Below, one piece after another: positions 57,916 through 64,000 of a stretch of 64,000 nt of DNA. The stretch is taken from NCBI GenBank assembly GCA_000004985.1, contig GG738900.1; one strand, written 5' to 3'. Positions within the stretch are counted from its first letter, which is position 1. Each line of letters starts with the position of its first letter. Source of the stretch: Naegleria gruberi (Eukaryota). The position numbers were made by a program, and so were the translations under genes. The notes beneath the pieces were generated by a model. The model saw nothing but the letters and a program-made list of their open reading frames with translations. It was not told the origin of the DNA and searched no databases.

Positions 57916-59703
57916 TGTGGAACACGATATTATCATTTATTATGAGATTGGTAATTTTCCTATAGTATCTTCCTTAATTATCTTAATTGACCAAATTAGG
58001 TCAAGGAGAGATTTCAAAACATAAAATAAATTATATTTTCGAGATGTAGTAATGATTTCCAATCGATTGATATGTATTTTATAGATTGAGGATGTGGTTC
58101 TCTATATTCAAGATTTCCTCCTGATCTTCCCAACTCAACCTTGATATTTCACCCTTTACCTCCCGAATGGCGGTTTTTCCACCCCTCAGTTTTAGCCTTC
58201 AGTCAGAATAAAAAACACNNNNNNNNNNNNNNNNNNNNNNNNNNNNNNNNNNNNNNNNNNNNNNNNNNCATCTACTACTAACAACAACTAGTGAATGACC
58301 ACTTGACGAGTTGAATGAACAATGTCAACCACTAATCCATCTACTACTACTAACAACAACTATTGAACAAGTTTCTAATCAACATGATTGTAATGTGAGA
58401 GGTTGGAATGTACTACTTACATTGACAATAATTCAATATAGTTATAGTATTCTACAATAGAGTTTGTCTATTTACAATAGAACTATTACAAAGCTTATGA
58501 AATCCTTACTTGTAATTCAATCTGCTAAGGTTCGATTGGGTTGATAAATGATACTAGTTACTCGGATTGAAAGTATTATTACAAACAATCATAATAGAGA
58601 TGAATCTCACTCATTCAATATTGAGTTAGAGTTTCCAATTGTTCCTACAATAGAGAGATTTTATACCAATAGAGAGAGGATTAAACATCATGATCAATAT
58701 TATAACATACCCAACATACACAGGCTTTAATCTCTTCAATGAATCCAACTAGGGTTTTTATAGGATTATTCATCAATACTACTACTACTACTACCTACTT
58801 ACCTTAAACAATAACCCACAATAATAATGGACAAGTGAAAGTGTAACATTAGCAAACTAATGAAATTGTAACAATATAACCTACATTGTGGATGAATCAT
58901 GTTAGTGTATATATTCATATTGTTTAAATTGATGGACTCAAGATATTAATCATGTTAGTAATACGATTCCTACTAATACTTACTATTGTAGAGTAGTTAC
59001 ATGAAGTAACCTATGATCATCTAACCTATTGATAATGATGGAAATACAGAGAGATACCAATCAATCATAAAGAGTTGAAATAATTACTTACTGAAGAGTT
59101 GTTCCTTTGATTATTCGAGTACAACAATGACTTCCGAAGGAGGAATGTGAAAGCCTTTGATGGTTGAACTTAGTGTAGTGGAGAAATAGGATGATTATTA
59201 ATTACTAACACAGCACTTACCTGAGATGAATCGATTCGTGAGAAGATCTATTCAGTTGTGATTTTACTTTGAATTGGCTGATCGTCATTAGGCTTGATAC
59301 AGTCCTTGAATATTTAAAAGCGAGTTGATGAATGAGTACAAAGAAGTATTACTACAACACTTACCAAAACTAATTCCTAAATGATTAATGGATTGGTAAG
59401 GAGGAAGAGCTTTTCTTAAATTATAAAATCATTGCAACAACTTACTTGATTTCTTTCACATGATAAATCCTCTTCCTACCTCTTCCCACTCACAATCAGG
59501 CTAGTTATCATTAATATCCAAATAAACTACTACTTACTAGAAGAGTTTCAAATAAAGCTTTAATAGGGTTTAAATTGAAATTAACAATCAATAAACTTAT
59601 TAAGCAACCACTTGTTGTATGATGAATTATTTCTTGATGAAAACTGTAAAGATGGGTAGATAATGGTAGAGGTATTTTTTATTAATATACAAGAGGAATT
59701 ATC

Positions 59704-62700
59704 NNNNNNNNNNNNNNNNNNNNNNNNNNNNNNNNNNNNNNNNNNNNNNNNNNNNNNNNNNNNNNNNNNNNNNNNNNNNNNNNNNNNNNNNNNNNNNNNN
59801 NNNNNNNNNNNNNNNNNNNNNNNNNNNNNNNNNNNNNNNNNNNNNNNNNNNNNNNNNNNNNNNNNNNNNNNNNNNNNNNNNNNNNNNNNNNNNNNNNNNN
59901 NNNNNNNNNNNNNNNNNNNNNNNNNNNNNNNNNNNNNNNNNNNNNNNNNNNNNNNNNNNNNNNNNNNNNNNNNNNNNNNNNNNNNNNNNNNNNNNNNNNN
60001 NNNNNNNNNNNNNNNNNNNNNNNNNNNNNNNNNNNNNNNNNNNNNNNNNNNNNNNNNNNNNNNNNNNNNNNNNNNNNNNNNNNNNNNNNNNNNNNNNNNN
60101 NNNNNNNNNNNNNNNNNNNNNNNNNNNNNNNNNNNNNNNNNNNNNNNNNNNNNNNNNNNNNNNNNNNNNNNNNNNNNNNNNNNNNNNNNNNNNNNNNNNN
60201 NNNNNNNNNNNNNNNNNNNNNNNNNNNNNNNNNNNNNNNNNNNNNNNNNNNNNNNNNNNNNNNNNNNNNNNNNNNNNNNNNNNNNNNNNNNNNNNNNNNN
60301 NNNNNNNNNNNNNNNNNNNNNNNNNNNNNNNNNNNNNNNNNNNNNNNNNNNNNNNNNNNNNNNNNNNNNNNNNNNNNNNNNNNNNNNNNNNNNNNNNNNN
60401 NNNNNNNNNNNNNNNNNNNNNNNNNNNNNNNNNNNNNNNNNNNNNNNNNNNNNNNNNNNNNNNNNNNNNNNNNNNNNNNNNNNNNNNNNNNNNNNNNNNN
60501 NNNNNNNNNNNNNNNNNNNNNNNNNNNNNNNNNNNNNNNNNNNNNNNNNNNNNNNNNNNNNNNNNNNNNNNNNNNNNNNNNNNNNNNNNNNNNNNNNNNN
60601 NNNNNNNNNNNNNNNNNNNNNNNNNNNNNNNNNNNNNNNNNNNNNNNNNNNNNNNNNNNNNNNNNNNNNNNNNNNNNNNNNNNNNNNNNNNNNNNNNNNN
60701 NNNNNNNNNNNNNNNNNNNNNNNNNNNNNNNNNNNNNNNNNNNNNNNNNNNNNNNNNNNNNNNNNNNNNNNNNNNNNNNNNNNNNNNNNNNNNNNNNNNN
60801 NNNNNNNNNNNNNNNNNNNNNNNNNNNNNNNNNNNNNNNNNNNNNNNNNNNNNNNNNNNNNNNNNNNNNNNNNNNNNNNNNNNNNNNNNNNNNNNNNNNN
60901 NNNNNNNNNNNNNNNNNNNNNNNNNNNNNNNNNNNNNNNNNNNNNNNNNNNNNNNNNNNNNNNNNNNNNNNNNNNNNNNNNNNNNNNNNNNNNNNNNNNN
61001 NNNNNNNNNNNNNNNNNNNNNNNNNNNNNNNNNNNNNNNNNNNNNNNNNNNNNNNNNNNNNNNNNNNNNNNNNNNNNNNNNNNNNNNNNNNNNNNNNNNN
61101 NNNNNNNNNNNNNNNNNNNNNNNNNNNNNNNNNNNNNNNNNNNNNNNNNNNNNNNNNNNNNNNNNNNNNNNNNNNNNNNNNNNNNNNNNNNNNNNNNNNN
61201 NNNNNNNNNNNNNNNNNNNNNNNNNNNNNNNNNNNNNNNNNNNNNNNNNNNNNNNNNNNNNNNNNNNNNNNNNNNNNNNNNNNNNNNNNNNNNNNNNNNN
61301 NNNNNNNNNNNNNNNNNNNNNNNNNNNNNNNNNNNNNNNNNNNNNNNNNNNNNNNNNNNNNNNNNNNNNNNNNNNNNNNNNNNNNNNNNNNNNNNNNNNN
61401 NNNNNNNNNNNNNNNNNNNNNNNNNNNNNNNNNNNNNNNNNNNNNNNNNNNNNNNNNNNNNNNNNNNNNNNNNNNNNNNNNNNNNNNNNNNNNNNNNNNN
61501 NNNNNNNNNNNNNNNNNNNNNNNNNNNNNNNNNNNNNNNNNNNNNNNNNNNNNNNNNNNNNNNNNNNNNNNNNNNNNNNNNNNNNNNNNNNNNNNNNNNN
61601 NNNNNNNNNNNNNNNNNNNNNNNNNNNNNNNNNNNNNNNNNNNNNNNNNNNNNNNNNNNNNNNNNNNNNNNNNNNNNNNNNNNNNNNNNNNNNNNNNNNN
61701 NNNNNNNNNNNNNNNNNNNNNNNNNNNNNNNNNNNNNNNNNNNNNNNNNNNNNNNNNNNNNNNNNNNNNNNNNNNNNNNNNNNNNNNNNNNNNNNNNNNN
61801 NNNNNNNNNNNNNNNNNNNNNNNNNNNNNNNNNNNNNNNNNNNNNNNNNNNNNNNNNNNNNNNNNNNNNNNNNNNNNNNNNNNNNNNNNNNNNNNNNNNN
61901 NNNNNNNNNNNNNNNNNNNNNNNNNNNNNNNNNNNNNNNNNNNNNNNNNNNNNNNNNNNNNNNNNNNNNNNNNNNNNNNNNNNNNNNNNNNNNNNNNNNN
62001 NNNNNNNNNNNNNNNNNNNNNNNNNNNNNNNNNNNNNNNNNNNNNNNNNNNNNNNNNNNNNNNNNNNNNNNNNNNNNNNNNNNNNNNNNNNNNNNNNNNN
62101 NNNNNNNNNNNNNNNNNNNNNNNNNNNNNNNNNNNNNNNNNNNNNNNNNNNNNNNNNNNNNNNNNNNNNNNNNNNNNNNNNNNNNNNNNNNNNNNNNNNN
62201 NNNNNNNNNNNNNNNNNNNNNNNNNNNNNNNNNNNNNNNNNNNNNNNNNNNNNNNNNNNNNNNNNNNNNNNNNNNNNNNNNNNNNNNNNNNNNNNNNNNN
62301 NNNNNNNNNNNNNNNNNNNNNNNNNNNNNNNNNNNNNNNNNNNNNNNNNNNNNNNNNNNNNNNNNNNNNNNNNNNNNNNNNNNNNNNNNNNNNNNNNNNN
62401 NNNNNNNNNNNNNNNNNNNNNNNNNNNNNNNNNNNNNNNNNNNNNNNNNNNNNNNNNNNNNNNNNNNNNNNNNNNNNNNNNNNNNNNNNNNNNNNNNNNN
62501 NNNNNNNNNNNNNNNNNNNNNNNNNNNNNNNNNNNNNNNNNNNNNNNNNNNNNNNNNNNNNNNNNNNNNNNNNNNNNNNNNNNNNNNNNNNNNNNNNNNN
62601 NNNNNNNNNNNNNNNNNNNNNNNNNNNNNNNNNNNNNNNNNNNNNNNNNNNNNNNNNNNNNNNNNNNNNNNNNNNNNNNNNNNNNNNNNNNNNNNNNNNN

Positions 62701-63095
62701 NNNNNNNNNNNNNNNNNNNNNNNNNNNNNNNNNNNNNNNNNNNNNNNNNNNNNNNNNNNNNNNNNNNNNNNNNNNNNNNNNNNNNNNNNNNNNNNNNNNN
62801 NNNNNNNNNNNNNNNNNNNNNNNNNNNNNNNNNNNNNNNNNNNNNNNNNNNNNNNNNNNNNNNNNNNNNNNNNNNNNNNNNNNNNNNNNNNNNNNNNNNN
62901 NNNNNNNNNNNNNNNNNNNNNNNNNNNNNNNNNNNNNNNNNNNNNNNNNNNNNNNNNNNNNNNNNNNNNNNNNNNNNNNNNNNNNNNNNNNNNNNNNNNN
63001 NNNNNNNNNNNNNNNNNNNNNNNNNNNNNNNNNNNNNNNNNNNNNNNNNNNNNNNNNNNNNNNNNNNNNNNNNNNNNNNNNNNNNNNNNNNNNNN
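59704..63095. other. Assembly gap (N run, 3392 nt). A further 50-nt gap lies at 58219-58268.
   Basis: Continuous N. Confidence 0.95.
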
Positions 63096-63574
63096 CTTTT
63101 ATATCTACAGACTTGAACTTTTGAAATTTGATATGAAAGTGATTATAGATGTTGTTAATGATGATATATATACTATATAATCTCATTAAAGGATTTGAAA
63201 TTATCATTCTTCCTATAGTTTCATTTTACAAATTTTAATCTGCCACTATTTACAAAGTTAATATTTTATAAATTGAAAAACTAAATATAACACGTTGTTC
63301 TACTCATCATTTCCAATCGAATGATATAAAATTTAATGATATTTGAATAAGTTTATAATTTTGGGCTAGGGTTTGAAGGTTGGGTTTAGAAGAGTGTTGG
63401 GTTTGGTACCTGTCATTATCTCTCTGGTTTGGGATCCGCACATGCTCAGATCTTATAGCTTATCAATGTGATGTATAATAGTCTGATCTACATGTGGTAA
63501 AAACACGAAGGTGTAATATTCTATATTTATTGAGATAATCAATAAAGTTTAGTATTTGTCAGAAAAACTTGCCT

Positions 63575-64000
63575 TGGGTTGGGTTTGGGTTTGGGTTTGG
63601 GTTTGGGTTTGGGTTTGGGTTTGGGTTTGGGTTTGGGTTTGGGTTTGGGTTTGGGTTTGGGTTTGGGTTTGGGTTTGGGTTTGGGTTTGGGTTTGGGTTT
63701 GGGTTTGGGTTTGGGTTTGGGTTTGGGTTTGGGTTTGGGTTTGGGTTTGGGTTTGGGTTTGGGTTTGGGTTTGGGTTTGGGTTTGGGTTTGGGTTTGGGT
63801 TTGGGTTTGGGTTTGGGTTTGGGTTTGGGTTTGGGTTTGGGTTTGGGTTTGGGTTTGGGTTTGGGTTTGGGTTTGGGTTTGGGTTTGGGTTTGGGTTTGG
63901 GTTTGGGTTTGGGTTTGGGTTTGGGTTTGGGTTTGGGTTTGGTTTGGGTTTGGGTTTGGGTTTGGGTTTGGGTTTGGGTTTGGGTTTGGGTTTGGGTTTG
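63575..64000 (+). repeat. (GGGTTT)n telomere-like array of about 70 units running to the window end, G-rich strand 5'->3' toward the end. A degenerate copy lies at 63362-63410.
   Basis: Perfect hexamer repeats with one GGTTT variant near 63940. Same orientation as the array at 53745. Confidence 0.8.

Noticed and set aside
1-64000. Ciliate origin, suggested by the TTTGGG-type repeat (a Paramecium-like telomere)
   Set aside because: Long ORFs terminate at TAA/TAG (for example the 2853-aa DOCK ORF ends TAATAA). Introns are about 45-120 nt with GTAAGT donors, not ciliate 20-30-nt introns. The gene content (RhoBTB, Dhk-type hybrid kinase, ErkA-like MAPK) fits dictyostelids.
1-64000. CRISPR arrays, rRNA and tRNA genes
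   Set aside because: No direct-repeat/spacer architecture, no rDNA-like conserved blocks, and no GTTCGAATC-type T-loop or cloverleaf candidates were seen on either strand.

Overview
Eukaryotic nuclear DNA, AT-rich (roughly 65-70% AT), with short AT-rich GT..AG introns of about 40-120 nt, poly-Asn/Gln coding tracts and standard stop codons. The gene repertoire (RhoBTB, ERK-type MAPK, hybrid histidine kinase, DOCK, OSBP, RGS, serpin) is most consistent with a dictyostelid-like social amoeba (Amoebozoa); the exact species cannot be told from the sequence. Positions 1-52000 are gene-dense, with about 30 protein-coding genes on both strands: serpin, two RCC1-like paralogues, a PTP-like phosphatase, an OTU protease, an ARM-repeat gene, a SAM-domain gene, OSBP, an F-box/Ras-like GTPase, two tandem GPI-anchored Ser/Thr-rich paralogues, a ~3200-aa DOCK GEF, an ERK MAPK, a transmembrane hybrid histidine kinase, a 7TM-RGS receptor-like gene, an antistasin-like mini-protein, an ankyrin gene, an F-box/LRR gene, an Ntn asparaginase, a cytochrome P450, a two-repeat GPI-anchored secreted protein and a RhoBTB. 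At 37722-40353 there is one apparently intact DNA transposon with 15-bp terminal inverted repeats ending in TTAA and an IS1595/Kolobok-like transposase. The right ~11 kb (53.6-64 kb) is a scaffolded subtelomere-like region made of small contigs separated by N gaps. It carries two (GGGTTT)n arrays in the same orientation, one running to the window end, and a duplicated ~125-bp junction element. No rRNA, tRNA or CRISPR was found. All exon/intron coordinates are manual and accurate to about ±1-3 nt. The ORF track uses alternative start codons, so several track starts were moved to the first real ATG.
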